Positions 50,932 to 63,816 of a stretch of 64,000 bases of DNA are shown in pieces. The notes under the pieces were generated by a model. The model saw only the letters and a list, made by a program, of their open reading frames with translations, was not told the DNA's origin and ran no database searches. Numbering within the stretch: the first letter of the stretch is position 1; each line of letters starts with the position of its first letter. The position numbers and the translations under genes were made by a program. The DNA is from Lytechinus pictus (Eukaryota): positions 7,256,001-7,320,000 of the forward strand of contig NC_087245.1 of the NCBI RefSeq assembly GCF_037042905.1, given 5' to 3'.

Positions 50932-51330
50932 TTAAGATATTTTTCACTAACAGTGAGAATGCGGTAAAGATGACTATATATTTGCCTGATCTTTTGGATA
51001 TAATATCTTATTTTGAGATCTATCAAATGGACAAGATTGGTCTGGAACAGTTTATGTTGACGGGTCATTTAGTTTTTGCCATCCATGATAAAAAGCAAAG
51101 GCACATTGATTTCTTTCATCTCAAATTGATCCCTTGGTTAAATTACTAGTTTGTATGATTATGGTAATGGCTTTTTTCATATAGATACTCATTAATTGAA
51201 CTATTTGCTGTCCAACAGATTTCTGTTGTGGATCTGATTATCCTTTTTTCTATAATATAGGTGCAGCTATTCACAACTGCATCTAAAAGAAAAAGAAGTA
51301 ATTTTATCATGCTTATGTTTTTTTTAACAG

Positions 51331-51576
51331 ATAATGAAGATCCAATGTTGTTGAACTGTCCATCCAACATGTCTCAAGTGGCTGATGCAGGTCTGCCTGA
51401 CACTGCAGTCAACTGGACCATGGTCAATGCTACTGATAATTCTGGCCAAGTCAGGAAACTAGTCTCCACTTTCCTATCAGGGACAAGATTTCCCATTGGA
51501 ACCACTACAGTCACATACCATGTTGAGGATCCTTCAAAAAATTATGCCTCTTGTTCCTTTGATGTCACAGTCATTG
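51331..51576 (+). CDS. HYR exon 34
   Basis: ACAG|ATAAT..TTG|GTAATT; 246 nt. Confidence 0.9.
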
Positions 51577-51842
51577 GTAATTAATATGACTTTATATTAT
51601 TATTCTCCATATTGATTGCTAGGATGTTGCAAGAGAAATCCATATTGACCAGGGTTGGGATGTTTCACAGAGGTAAATGTGAATTTGGAAAGCTAGAAGG
51701 TTTCCTCTTGCCATAATAGAAGAATGGATTGATGTGATGTATTGACTGTATTCTGTTTACTCATGTTGTTTTTTTAATCTATATAAATCTGATGTGACTG
51801 AATAACAGTTGTCGTGATTTTATCCTTTTCCACGTTTTCTAG

Positions 51843-52085
51843 ATGACCAACTACCAACAGTGGTTGCCTGTCCAAAGAACACAATCCTGGGTACAGATTT
51901 AAATGCAAACACTGCGATGGTGATGTGGGTACCTGTTACATTCATTGATAATTCTGGCAGTGTGAATGTAACAACCACGCACACCTCCGGGAATACTTTC
52001 CCACTTGGCCTGACCTTTGTTAACTTCACAGCCAGGGATCCTTCTGGCAATGAGGCTTTGTGTCAGTTTAGTGTTTCTGTTTTTG
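51843..52085 (+). CDS. HYR exon 35
   Basis: CTAG|ATGAC..TTG|GTAAGC; 243 nt. Confidence 0.92.
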
Positions 52086-53032
52086 GTAAGCATATTTTTG
52101 TATGGTTCGATTGTTATCAGTTGTGTGACTAGGGCTCTGTTGTGGGAAGAGTTGTAGTAGAATGCAAACTCTGATTGGTCTAAAATTCCTTTGACTTATC
52201 TACACAAATTTATGTTGTTGTAATTGGAGGTGTATTTGAATCTATTGCAATTCCTTGTAAGACACGGTTTAGAGCTTACAATCTGATCTAAGATTAGACA
52301 TTAATGATTGACTCTCTCTCAAAGATGAAGCCTAATGTTCTTAACTATTATGTTGCAACATGTTACAGTATTGTAGGCCTCTTAATCATACATGTACAAA
52401 TGAGAAAATGTTTCCCTGCTTTTTCTGATGTTGCTGATATTTATTTTATGGTATAATGTCACTTGATGTTTTCTCAAAAATTTGTATTCCAACAGTTTCT
52501 AGTTTCTCTTCAAGTACTACAGGTATCATTATTAATACTTGAAAATGACGTGGACACATGAATATACTTCACTCTATATTATCTTTATAGTATTGCACAA
52601 AAAGACAATTATCAAAATATTCAAAATAGAATTTGAATCACTCCTGTGCATGAATTTCGCTTACCTAAAGACAAGATGAATATTTATTTCTCTTGTCCAC
52701 ATGATTATACCGAGACATTTTTCTGCCAGCTATGCGCAATTAAAGTCAATAAATACCTGATTTATTTCTTTCAATGATGGGATTGATGGTGAAAAGTACA
52801 TCACACAGTTTTTCTCTAAAGTTATTTGATACAGAATTGTTTGATACAATTGATACAGAACTCCTAATTGCTTTGTACAGGGACCACTTGGTTGCTGTAT
52901 GCAATGGCTTAACAAATTATTAGTTTCCAATTATGAGTGATGGCATCAACTTGTTACCATCTTTACTTCTTCTGATGGTAATATACTCATTATTAAGATA
53001 ACAGATGTCATGATGCCTTGTTTCTCTGACAG

Positions 53033-53284
53033 ATGATGAGGCTCCTGTGTTCTCGTCATGCCCATCAGACTTCAATGTCACAGCTGATGAGGGATCTATA
53101 AACACCACAGTCACCCTAACTAATATCACATTCACTGACAATGTCACACCGACACCCAGCCTTGTACTGAACAACAGCCACAAGTCACCATTGGTTCTTG
53201 AGATTGGACAGCATGTCATCAATTCATCAGCAACCGATGAAGCTGGTCTGGTGGGATACTGCACATATACCATCACTGTCTTGG
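53033..53284 (+). CDS. HYR exon 36
   Basis: ACAG|ATGAT..TGG|GTATTA (weak donor); 252 nt. Confidence 0.85.
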
Positions 53285-53744
53285 GTATTACACTTTGTAC
53301 TAAATAGATTAATGTAGGTCTCTGGAGAGCTTTGAAAGTCTTAATTAGTCCATTAGGCTTGTATAGAATGAATGCATAGAATATACATTATTGAATGCAT
53401 TACTTCACATTCAAGTTACAAACTACCCTATTGAGCATAGCTTTTAGGGCATACAAATTCTTGTTGAATCACACTCTGACTGTCGCACCCTACCAAAACT
53501 AATGATCACATGTACTTTTGATGTAGTATAGATATGCTACTGAAGTCATGGTATCTGATTGGCTTAGATCACATCTGTCAGTACAGATCACTTTCATCCC
53601 CCTCCCCAGTCCAGAGTTGGAGATGCCCGAGATTAATAAAATTCATAAAAGTTATATTGAGAGTTCACTTCTAAGTTCCTTTGAACTTTGCTTGTCTCAA
53701 TTATTGGTTTATTGCATCTCTATCATGAATCCTCTAAATTACAG

Positions 53745-53984
53745 ATGACCAAGGTCCTAACATCACTTGCCCAGTTGACATTGTGAATGTAACAGATCCA
53801 GGTCTAGCTGTAGCCTCAATCTCCTGGTCTGATGCTGTAGCAAGTGACAACACTGGATCTCTCGCAGTCTCTTCAGACATTGCTAGTGGTTCTAACTTCA
53901 CTATTGGTGAAACAACAGTGACCTACAGTACTACTGATCCATCAGGAAACACAGCCATGTGCTCTTTTACAGTCACAATCTCAG
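53745..53984 (+). CDS. HYR exon 37
   Basis: ACAG|ATGAC..CAG|GTTTGT; 240 nt. Confidence 0.9.
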
Positions 53985-54338
53985 GTTTGTAAGACATCTA
54001 TGCTTCAAATAGAGCCAACATGTTTATTTGTATTTGAACAAAGAGAAAAATTCTCGTGGCTGATAATTATGCAATGGGATAAGATTGAATACATCAAAGT
54101 GTGTGTCCAGGAAAGATAATCCTTTATGTGATTCAAGTTGAACACCAATGAAAATATAATGTGTGTAGATCTGTATTGAAGCCTTTTGACTTTTAAGTGG
54201 ATTTCAAAAGTAGAGATTGATGGAGATTTTCAAATTTATTTTCTGTCCAATGTCTGGTAATAAACAATTGAAAGCATTCATAAACATGAATGATTTGAAA
54301 ATGCACTGTATAAAAATTGATATTTTTCTTTTAAATAG

Positions 54339-54584
54339 ATGAAGAACTCCCTGTGATCAGCAATTGCCCATCGGACATTAACGTGACAACAGATGCCAAT
54401 AGTGATTCTAAGAGCAATGTGACTTGGGTAGAACCAACCGCTACAGACAACACAGTAGTTGTAGCCTTGTCTGGGTCTGAGGATCCAGGAATGTCATTCA
54501 CTATTGGGGAACAAGAAGTAACCTATACAGCTGCTGATCAGTATGGAAATGAGGACTTGTGTGTTTTCACTATTAGAGTTACAG
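54339..54584 (+). CDS. HYR exon 38
   Basis: ATAG|ATGAA..CAG|GTATGC; 246 nt. Confidence 0.92.
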
Positions 54585-54947
54585 GTATGCCAATTCATCT
54601 TGTGTCATTTCAGAACCTTTCTGTGAGAGTCATGGAAACTATGAGGGTTGTGGTAATATTTTACAGATAAGCGTGCACTTCTGATTGCAGCATCCTCACC
54701 AGAAAATAAATAAGAACTGGCCATCGATTTTCATGTAATGTTGTTTTTCCAGATCATACTAAAAAGTTCTGTACATTTCAAGTTTTATGTTTTTTGTCTG
54801 GAAAATTTGAAAGTAGGAAGGTACAGTATTAGGAGAGAAAAGTGAAAGAAACCATTGAAATGAAATGGTAGATTGTGGTACTGGCTAACTGCCCCCCTTC
54901 ATTCTGCTATGTTCCTTTATCATTTTCTTCTTTCTTGCTTATAATAG

Positions 54948-55190
54948 ATGTGGAAAATCCCGTGTTCACCAGTACACCTAATAGCACTACAACTACTGCT
55001 GATCCTGGCCAGGCGGGAGCCTTTGTGACACTGACACCGGTCACTGCTACAGACAACTCTGGCTCATACATGATATCATCAACAGCTCCTGGAAACTCTT
55101 TCTATCCTATCGGTGAAACCAGTGTTCTCTTCATGGTTGTGGATTCCTCTGGAAACCAGGCAGAAAAGACTATTTTGGTGACTGTTACAG
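54948..55190 (+). CDS. HYR exon 39 (cysteine-free variant)
   Basis: ATAG|ATGTG..CAG|GTATGG; 243 nt. Confidence 0.9.
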
Positions 55191-55966
55191 GTATGGTTGT
55201 TTGCTTTCAAATACCAAGGTATCAGTATGGTTTTCCAAATCAAAGATCTACAGATAAAACCCTACTAGTGATTGGTCAGAAGAAATTGGCCAAGTGTCAT
55301 TTGTAAAAAATTTTACAAATAACAAAAAAAAAATTTTTTTGAAGTGTATCAATTATTAATGTTATAACTTAATTTCCTTTCAGCAAGCAGGATTTAAATT
55401 GTTCCCACTGAATAAAATAATAAGTACCTGATAATGTGAAAGGGTGACAGTTGTGCAATTCTTTAGAATATGTTGCATCCGTTTTTTAATGAAGGGTTGT
55501 AGTACTATTCAATTATCATGATTTAAGCAGCTCATCAAGTGAAGGAAGAATTTAAATAATGGGGATAGGACTGTAAGAAAAATGGTTAATTATTTTGGGG
55601 AAATTATTATTCTTTATTAAGAAGAGGAGAATCTTACTTTGGTAATCAGTGCGGTCTGTACGTTGGTGGTTAAAGAGAGCACAATACAACAGGCTCAAAA
55701 TATGATGTGTAATCAAGCTAGGGATATATGCAATGCACTTAACAAAAATGGTGTAAGTACAATATGATACCTTAAATTCTTACACTGATAAGGCAATCAT
55801 CAAGAGCTTTATCCTCACAAAACTATTTTGGTCATTGTAAAAATGTTAGTCTGTAGAAAGTATGTGAAATACTATGTAAACACAGGACAAATTTTATTGG
55901 AAAATGGGTGTGATGAAACTGCAATTTGAATATTTACAATTTTCATGGTTTTATATTTGCAACCAG

Positions 55967-56209
55967 ATGATGAAGCCCCAGAATATGATATGTGTCCTGG
56001 TAACCTACAAGTATCTGCAGATCAAGGATCAACAAATGCTACAGTAGCATGGAATGTCCCAGTTTTTTCAGACAACTCTGGCAATGTCAACGTCACTGAA
56101 AACTATGCCCCACCGACTGTATTTGGTCTTGGATCATACGTTGTTATATACAATGCAACAGATGCATCTGGAAATAGAATTGTCTGCATGTTCAATATCA
56201 CGGTGCTGG
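55967..56209 (+). CDS. HYR exon 40
   Basis: CCAG|ATGAT..TGG|GTGAGT; 243 nt. Confidence 0.92.
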
Positions 56210-56470
56210 GTGAGTCGGTATTTCATGTTCTTGCTCGATGTCTGAACTTCATGATTTTTTGTTCATTGCACAGGCAGATGCGATTCTAATCTTCAACTGT
56301 TGACTTAAACTCTTTCTCATTTTATTTGAGACTTAAATGGAATGATGTGTACTGTATAACAGTTCTCTTAACAATTGAAGGGATTAGAACCAATGAGACA
56401 TCCACTGATCCATAATACATTAACATATTTGGTAAACTATCAATCAAAATAATTTTCTGCACTGTTACAG

Positions 56471-56710
56471 ATAAAGAAGCTGCAAACATCACCTGTCCAG
56501 CAGATATCAGCCTGTCTACCCCTGCTCTACAGTCCTATGTGACTGTAAACTGGTCTGATGCTGTAGCCATAGACAACACAGGACCACTCAACGTCACCTC
56601 TGACATTGCCAGTGGTTCCAACTTCACCATCGGTTTAACAACAGTCACATACTCTACACAAGATACTGCTGGGAACCCTGCATCCTGTTCATTTGTAGTG
56701 AATGTCACTG
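56471..56710 (+). CDS. HYR exon 41
   Basis: ACAG|ATAAA..CTG|GTGAGT; 240 nt. Confidence 0.92.
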
Positions 56711-57091
56711 GTGAGTTTACCCTCTCTTACATCTACTTTTTTACCTCATTTACCATCACAATAAATCTCCACTGCCCTTAGATGATGATCAGGTACTACA
56801 GTGTCGTGCATCTCAATCCTTAAGATACACGAGCAATGGAGTAACTTCTAATTCACACTTGGTCACACGAGAAAACCTGATATTCATATTTTGTCCTATG
56901 CTTGTAAAGCTCTAAGAAAATAACTATATTTATTCTCTAATCATTACGAACATACATACTGTATTTTGATTGTATTTCTCCACACAAAGATTTGTGAGCC
57001 ATTCCTAATACTATATATCATAGGAGACATTCATATTGCAAAGTTTCTTACTTTAATTCTCAATGATTTAAATGCCTTTCTTTCTCTGCAG

Positions 57092-57331
57092 ACAACCTAA
57101 GTCCAGTGTTTGATGCTTGCCCGAGTAACATGACCTTCACAACTCCAGCTGGGGAGGCTACCAGGGTGGTGGGATGGACAGTATCTGTGTCGGATAACTC
57201 TGGTTTTGTATCCATATCAAGTACCTATAATGTCAATGATTCCTTCCCTGTGGGTGTGACACCCGTCTCATATACTGCAGTGGATGGAAGTGGAAACAGT
57301 GCTGAATGTGTCTTTAATTTGGTCATCAGTG
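57092..57331 (+). CDS. HYR exon 42
   Basis: GCAG|ACAAC..GTG|GTAAGT; 240 nt. Confidence 0.92.
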
Positions 57332-57979
57332 GTAAGTACACCCTCCATTTAGATGGTGTTTCGCAAAGCTGTTTGTACGATTATGCTTAATGCAACTGGA
57401 ACATGCTCTTAGATGCTAGGTCGTTTGCATACAGATATCATTTAGCTCAAGGGTCCCTAGTCATTTGTAAAATCATAACCCCTTGTATTGTCTTAGAAGT
57501 AGATTAGGCACTTGTGGCTTTGCAGGATTTATCAAGCATTTGTTAGTATAATTGTTGATGGTGCAAAATGAATACAGTTATTGAGAAGAGATTCCTTGAG
57601 TTTTCAGAAAAAAAATCCTATACTTGTAACATCATTGATAAAATGAAACCAATTATTTTGTGCTGGGTACGTAGCTACATGTATGTGATAGCCATCACTA
57701 GTTTGTACCTCATGATGATTATAAGTTATGTTATAGTTGTAATTTTCTTTTGCATATTAATAGAGCATGTCAACGATGGCTCACAATTACTCATACATGG
57801 TTTCATACAAGGTGACTCTCTGTATAACTGAAAATATGCTCAAATTAAAGGAAATTAAGATGGTTCTCTTAATTTAATATTACATGTAGGTTTGAGATTA
57901 GAAGTTGGGAGGATTCCAGATCCTTATAGTAAGAATAGATTAACCAAGTAATCTTATTCCACCACATTTAAATCTATAG

Positions 57980-58222
57980 ATGAGGAATCTCCAGTGTTCC
58001 TGTACTGCCCAAGTTCTTTGTCCCCTATCCTGGATACTGGTAACTCTACCCAAGTGGTCAGCTGGTCAAATCCTGTGGTCACTGACAATACAGACAATTA
58101 CAACCTCATGTCCAACCATCAATCTGGAGATGCTTTCCCACTTGGCTCAACGGTCGTAGAGTACTTGGCTGTTGATAACTATGGCAATAATGCAACTTGC
58201 ACCTTCACAGTCACTGTCCGTG
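57980..58222 (+). CDS. HYR exon 43
   Basis: ATAG|ATGAG..GTG|GTATGT; 243 nt. Confidence 0.92.
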
Positions 58223-58977
58223 GTATGTCATTGTATTTAGCTTACCATTCAAAGATCGATTCAGGGCATGTTCTGTATTAAGCCATTGAGCACTGTACCC
58301 TTGGGGTCTAAAAAAAATGTATGTCATCTTGAAATACAGAATGGTCAATGACTTAAAATCTGATGTTAATGATGGACAACCACAACACTCAACTTGAAAT
58401 GGTGCTTGTGTTGACATCACCAGGTGTTGAACTTTCTATTTCCAAGGCCACAGTCAGTGTTTTAGTTTTGATCACTTGTTTGGTTTGGGTTTCCATGAAA
58501 GCTGTCAGCACTGACTAAATTGTCAACTCCTATAAACCATATTTACAGTCAGAGACAAGTGCTTTTCAGCTAATAAATCCAACGATTTCACTGAAACTTT
58601 CTGAACTGAAAATTTTTTCAGTGCTGACAACTTTCATGAAACATCCGTTTCAACACTAACATCAACATCATCACAATCTTTGTACAACGGGCAGAGAAAT
58701 AAAATTATTCAAAATTGTTCTCGTTGATAACATCCACAGCTTGGTTAGATGAGGAGATAGGATTTTGTTCGTACATTGAAATTTTCTCTCTCATATTGTC
58801 ACAAAGTAAATTTGAGTTGAAAATTTGCTTATTCTGGTTTACTCTTACAAGAGAAAGCTAAATATGAAAGGAAATATTAAAGAACGATCCTTATTTACCA
58901 CTCGGTTTGTAATGAAAGCAGGAATATTGTTTATTTTATTCATTTGTTTTATGTTATGTTATGTTGCGCATATACAG

Positions 58978-59223
58978 ATTTGGAGGACCCTGTATTTAGC
59001 ATATGCAATACATCAGATATCATGCAGAATACTGCCACTGGCCTTCCAAACGCCTCTGTTAGTTGGACCGAGCCTGCAGCCATGGACAATACTCACAATG
59101 TCACCGTGACTGGAGATTATTCTCCTGGTGATGTGTTCCCAATCGGTTCAACCCTGGTGACTTACACAGCAACTGATTCTTCTGGCAACATGGCCATGTG
59201 TCCTTTCACAGTGATTGTCGTTG
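58978..59223 (+). CDS. HYR exon 44
   Basis: ACAG|ATTTG..TTG|GTAAGT; 246 nt. Confidence 0.92.
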
Positions 59224-59611
59224 GTAAGTTTAATATTTCTTATATCGGTTATAAACTATGTTACATCTCATGCTATCCCAATGTTTCCTATTTCCCTCAA
59301 ATACACAGTTCATATATTTGCTTAGTGTATGTAGATAAAGCAAGATCTTCTATCTCCAGTGTAGATATTTCCCCAGTCTTACAAATAGCAATAGATTCAA
59401 TTCAAACACAAAGTATCATTCTTTTGCTCTACAAATCTGATCATAATTTGAGTAAGACAAAGCCTGAGCTACTCCCAACTGTAACTGCAATTTTATTCAA
59501 TTCTTGAAACCTTGATCATTGAAAGATCACAAAGAACATAGAACACCATCTCTTTCTGGCACCTAATGTATATACATTCCCTTAATCACTCACATCTCTT
59601 CTATTTATCAG

Positions 59612-59857
59612 ATGCCGAGCTTCCTGACATTCAGAACTGTCCAATGAACCTGTCAGTGTCTACTGACCCAGGTTCTGATCAAGCCACCTGGATTACCTGG
59701 ATTCAGCCTTCTGCATCGGATAACTCTGGTTCAGTTGGTATTGTTGGTTCCAGGAATCCAATTGATACCTTCACTTTTGGTACCAGTGCAGTGTATTACA
59801 TGGCAGTAGATGGTGCTGGAAACCAACAGGAATGTGTCTTTTTTGTAACAGTGGAAG
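59612..59857 (+). CDS. HYR exon 45
   Basis: TCAG|ATGCC..AAG|GTAAGT; 246 nt. Confidence 0.92.
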
Positions 59858-60263
59858 GTAAGTAGCTCAAGATACCATTTCAATATCACAATAATTGCTA
59901 TTGGCTGCTGAAATTCTAGCATTTTTGTTGGCTGATGGTGAATTTTTGAATTTGTTATTATAGCAAGGTGCATGAAATAGGATTTATTCCGAGTTGCTGA
60001 GTATATAGTATCGAGAACGCTGTCGGCCATCTGTTTCTATTTACACTTTGCCTTTCAAGGACACATATTCTACAGATTTTTTATTGAAATATAATAAGAT
60101 TTCAATTTTTCATGATTATGAAAGATGTTGTTTACCTTCAATCTAATAGCATTTTCCTCAAAATTAATTAAAATAAATTTTGAAATTAAACATACATTTT
60201 TCTATCATGTTTCTGGCTGTATGATATATTCTGATCAATTATTGTTGAATTCTGTTTTTCAAG

Positions 60264-60506
60264 ACAATGAGGATCCAACATTCACCACCTGTCCAGAGTC
60301 CATTTTGTCTGGAACCGACCCTTCAGTTGACACGGCTGTGGTGTGGTGGACGATACCAACTACCTCTGACAACACTGGCATTGATTCATTGGTGTCTGAT
60401 TATACTCCAGGCCAGATGTTTCCTATTGGTAACACACTGGTAACCTACAATGTTACAGACTTGGCTGGAAACCTTGCCATGTGCTCCTTCTATGTCAATG
60501 TTACAG
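60264..60506 (+). CDS. HYR exon 46
   Basis: CAAG|ACAAT..CAG|GTGAGT; 243 nt. Confidence 0.92.
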
Positions 60507-60992
60507 GTGAGTATTTATATTGTTTCCACAGACACTAGTAATAATATCCTCTGGTCAGTAACAGAGAAATGGCTCCATTTTCTTAGCAATGAAGTTTTCT
60601 GGAAAGGGCCAACAAATTTCAAGACCAACCCTGAAATTAAATGGTACATTTACAGGAAGTGAAATATATATAACTTCAGTCTTCCAAATGAAACCTAGTT
60701 CTGAAAATTGCTTAAAATTCTAAGGTCTGTCAGTGATTTCTTGCATTCTTTTAAAGTACCAAATGTAAGCCTCATGATTTAAACGGTACCATTGCTATAG
60801 TTTTGTTTGTGTTCAATTATGCAAAGCTTAGTGTTTTATGACAGTGCTGAACTTAATTGCATTGATCATTATATGCAGCCAATCATAATAACAAACTGTG
60901 CAGTGATGTATAGTGGATCACGAATGAATGCAGGCATTTGTAAGTTTAGGGAAATAATTGCTGTTGCTGTGATACATCAATCCCCCACACAG

Positions 60993-61235
60993 ATGATATG
61001 CTTCCATCAGTGCTGTCTTGCCCGAATGATATTAACACTGCATCAGATGTTGGATCTATCAACACAACAGTGGTATGGGCTGTTCCAAGATTCAATGACA
61101 ATGATGGCAATGTGACCTTGACTTCAAACTATGATCCACCAACTGTCTTCAACATTGGGGTCTATACCATCATGTACAATGCCACTGATATGTCTGGAAA
61201 TGTTGCTAAGTGTATCTTTGTGGTGACTGTGTTGG
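60993..61235 (+). CDS. HYR exon 47
   Basis: ACAG|ATGAT..TGG|GTATGT; 243 nt. Confidence 0.92.
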
Positions 61236-61384
61236 GTATGTATTTTGTTTTCACATTTTATTTTCATTGCTAGTTGTATTAAATTTGTACTATCATCTTT
61301 CTCAAAAGTGTATATTGTGTGATGTTGTATAAAGTATACATGATGTTTAATGCAAATGTTTTTTGTTTTTGTTTTTTTTTATAG

Positions 61385-61624
61385 ATGAGGAAGCTCCAAC
61401 CATCACTTGCCCAGCTGACATTGTGAATATAACAGATCCAGGTCTAGCTGTAGCCTCAATCTCCTGGTCTGATGCTGTAGCAACTGACAACACTGGATCT
61501 CTCGCAGTCTCTTCAGACATTGCCAGTGGTTCTAACTTCACTTTTGGTGAAACAACAGTGACCTACGATACTACTGATCCATCAGGAAACACAGCTATGT
61601 GCTCTTTTACTGTTACAATCTCAG
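61385..61624 (+). CDS. HYR exon 48 (near-copy of exon 37)
   Basis: ATAG|ATGAG..CAG|GTTTGT; 240 nt. Confidence 0.92.
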
Positions 61625-62358
61625 GTTTGTTGCTTGGTATTCCTTCATTGATTGGGTAACAATGACAGTGCAGAGTTGCTGCTGATATGTAGAGATTTCC
61701 TGTGACAGTAAAGTGAATGGTGGGATCATTTGTAGATGGATAGTGAGCTGATAAATCTAATATACATTGGGATGTTTTTATGATAGGACATGTTATCCGA
61801 TAAAATTGCCTTTTCCCAATGATTATAAAGTGGGATGCTCATTCACAACCATGGAAATACACAAGTTTGAGCTGATACATGTACATTACTCTTTTCAATT
61901 TGAAAATAAATAAATAAAAGATGAAAAACTAGCGTGAAGAAGTTCTGGATTTAAATTTGTAGGTGCCTGTGAGTAAATATATTTCAGTGTGCAGCTATAC
62001 CGTACCATGCTAATTTGCTTGTATTTATATTAATATGCTAGCTATCCAAAATACTGTTTCATCTCCATTCACCTTCACAAGTACTAATTCCCATTTGGTC
62101 TTTTACTTGGGCAGACTGATTAGAACCAGTTTGGATTTCCAGTCATGAACCCAATCATTAACAAGTTAAATAGTTTTTATGAATAGAAGATATCACAGTA
62201 AAGCATCTTAGGACTGGTTTTTCAGCATTTCTATGTGAAGTAAATAATTTACAATTCAGAGTCATTGAGAATTGGGGTATTCAGATAAGTGACTTGATTC
62301 AGTCTAAACCAAATAAAAAATAACAATGACACCTCTAACCCTCTTTGTTCTTCCTTAG

Positions 62359-62601
62359 ATGAGGAACTACCAAGCATTTCATTCTGTCCAAGCAACATCT
62401 CCAAGTCAGCGGACCCTGGGTCAATGACAAGCACTGTGACGTGGACTTTGCCAGACTTCACTGACAATGTAGGTGTTGTCTTTGTTAAGGATTCACATCA
62501 GCCTCCAGATATCTTTTCTATTGGAATGACAAATGTGACCTATACTGCATCTGATGCTGAAGGAAATATGATTGTCTGTGAATTTCAGGTTACAGTTCTA
62601 G
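62359..62601 (+). CDS. HYR exon 49
   Basis: TTAG|ATGAG..TAG|GTGAGT; 243 nt. Confidence 0.92.
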
Positions 62602-63210
62602 GTGAGTTGCGCTTTATATGGTTAACTAATGTCTGGTATTTATGGGAAATTTGGAAGTGGATACAATTCCTTACAACATGAACCACAATAAACATGAAGA
62701 CATTTTATCTTTCTAAAATATTTTATCTTGTCACCTTGTTGTGTGTTGTATATAGTCTCAGTGATGTTGCATTGACCTCTTGATATAACCATTTTCTGTG
62801 GTCACAGAGTTAAAGCAGTTTCTACTTCACTTGAAAGATCTGGGTGGAGAGTGGCAAATATCTTTAAAACTTTTATACCAGGTTTTTTTTTTAATGTATA
62901 TTAAATCTGGGCTAAATACTTTGAATATATTGATTCTAAGCACTTTGAAATCCATGTTCTCAAATTACAAATGGCCATTGTGTTTGGATTTTATACACAG
63001 CTATCTTGTCTTTCCTCCGACGAATGTTAAGAAAATGGGAAACTGAACCCATATTTAATTCTTTTTAATCAATATTTCTATCATTTCCTATGACAATCAT
63101 GATAGTAATAGTATGATCCAGAATTTTCATGAATGATTGACGTTGCATATCAATGCTGTATTAATTTATCAACTTTATATTTATGGATACTTGAATTTCT
63201 TTCCATCCAG

Positions 63211-63450
63211 ATACTGAGCTTCCTGTCTTCCTGAACTGTCCATCAAACATGAGTGCCACAACAGATCCTGGGTCAGCATTAGCTACTTTGAGTTGGCCTA
63301 CAGTACTGGCTACTGACAACGATGGTACCCCAGTTATTGATACTGGTCTGACTGGATTTACATTCCCTGTAGGGGTTGAGGCTGTGACTTACAATGCCAC
63401 AGATGCTTCAGGAAATGTAGCAGAATGTACTTTTTATATCACAGTCACAG
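63211..63450 (+). CDS. HYR exon 50
   Basis: CCAG|ATACT..CAG|GTAAGT; 240 nt. Confidence 0.92.
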
Positions 63451-63672
63451 GTAAGTCATCACTCTCTACATGCCTGTTTCAACAAGGACATATGATGAAT
63501 AGTTACTTTTTCATTATGTTAAAGGCCATGTTAACAGGAATCAGCAGCCCATATGACTATGCGAAATCATTGTTTTTGTTCTATTAGTTCACTACCCTGC
63601 TCAAAACAATGAATAAATATGCATTTATTCATTGTTCAGTCATATACATGTAAGGTCAAAATCATTTTCCTG

Positions 63673-63816
63673 GGAAGCGTTTCATCAACATTTTTCCGAC
63701 AAGTTGTCAGATCTGACATCTTTTCTTGATTTTGATTGGCTGAGAAGCATAGTTACTATGGTAACTGTCAGGTAAAATGAGACTTGGCGGATGAAGTCTT
63801 TTCATGAAACACCCTC
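63673..63816. mobile_element. Short MITE, CTG TSD, same family as 14334-14490
   Basis: CCTG|GGAAGCGTTTCATCAAC..TTCATGAAACACCCTC|CTG; shares CCGACAAGTT..CAGATCTGACATCTTT core. Confidence 0.7.

Larger units (their letters stand above)
1..63450 (+). other. Partial multi-exon gene: hyalin-like giant HYR-repeat extracellular protein (50 single-domain exons in window, ~4,000 aa; 5' and 3' ends outside window)
   Basis: 50 AG|..G|GT(GC) bounded segments of 237-255 nt. All complete exons have lengths divisible by 3, are phase 1 and translate to the HYR consensus. The product is acidic, Thr/Ser/Asn-rich and has many N-x-S/T sequons. Confidence 0.92.

Noticed and set aside
657..63587. Treating each ~80-140 aa ORF as a separate small gene
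   Set aside because: HYR similarity begins and ends exactly at AG/GT splice signals; the ORF extensions are intronic read-through
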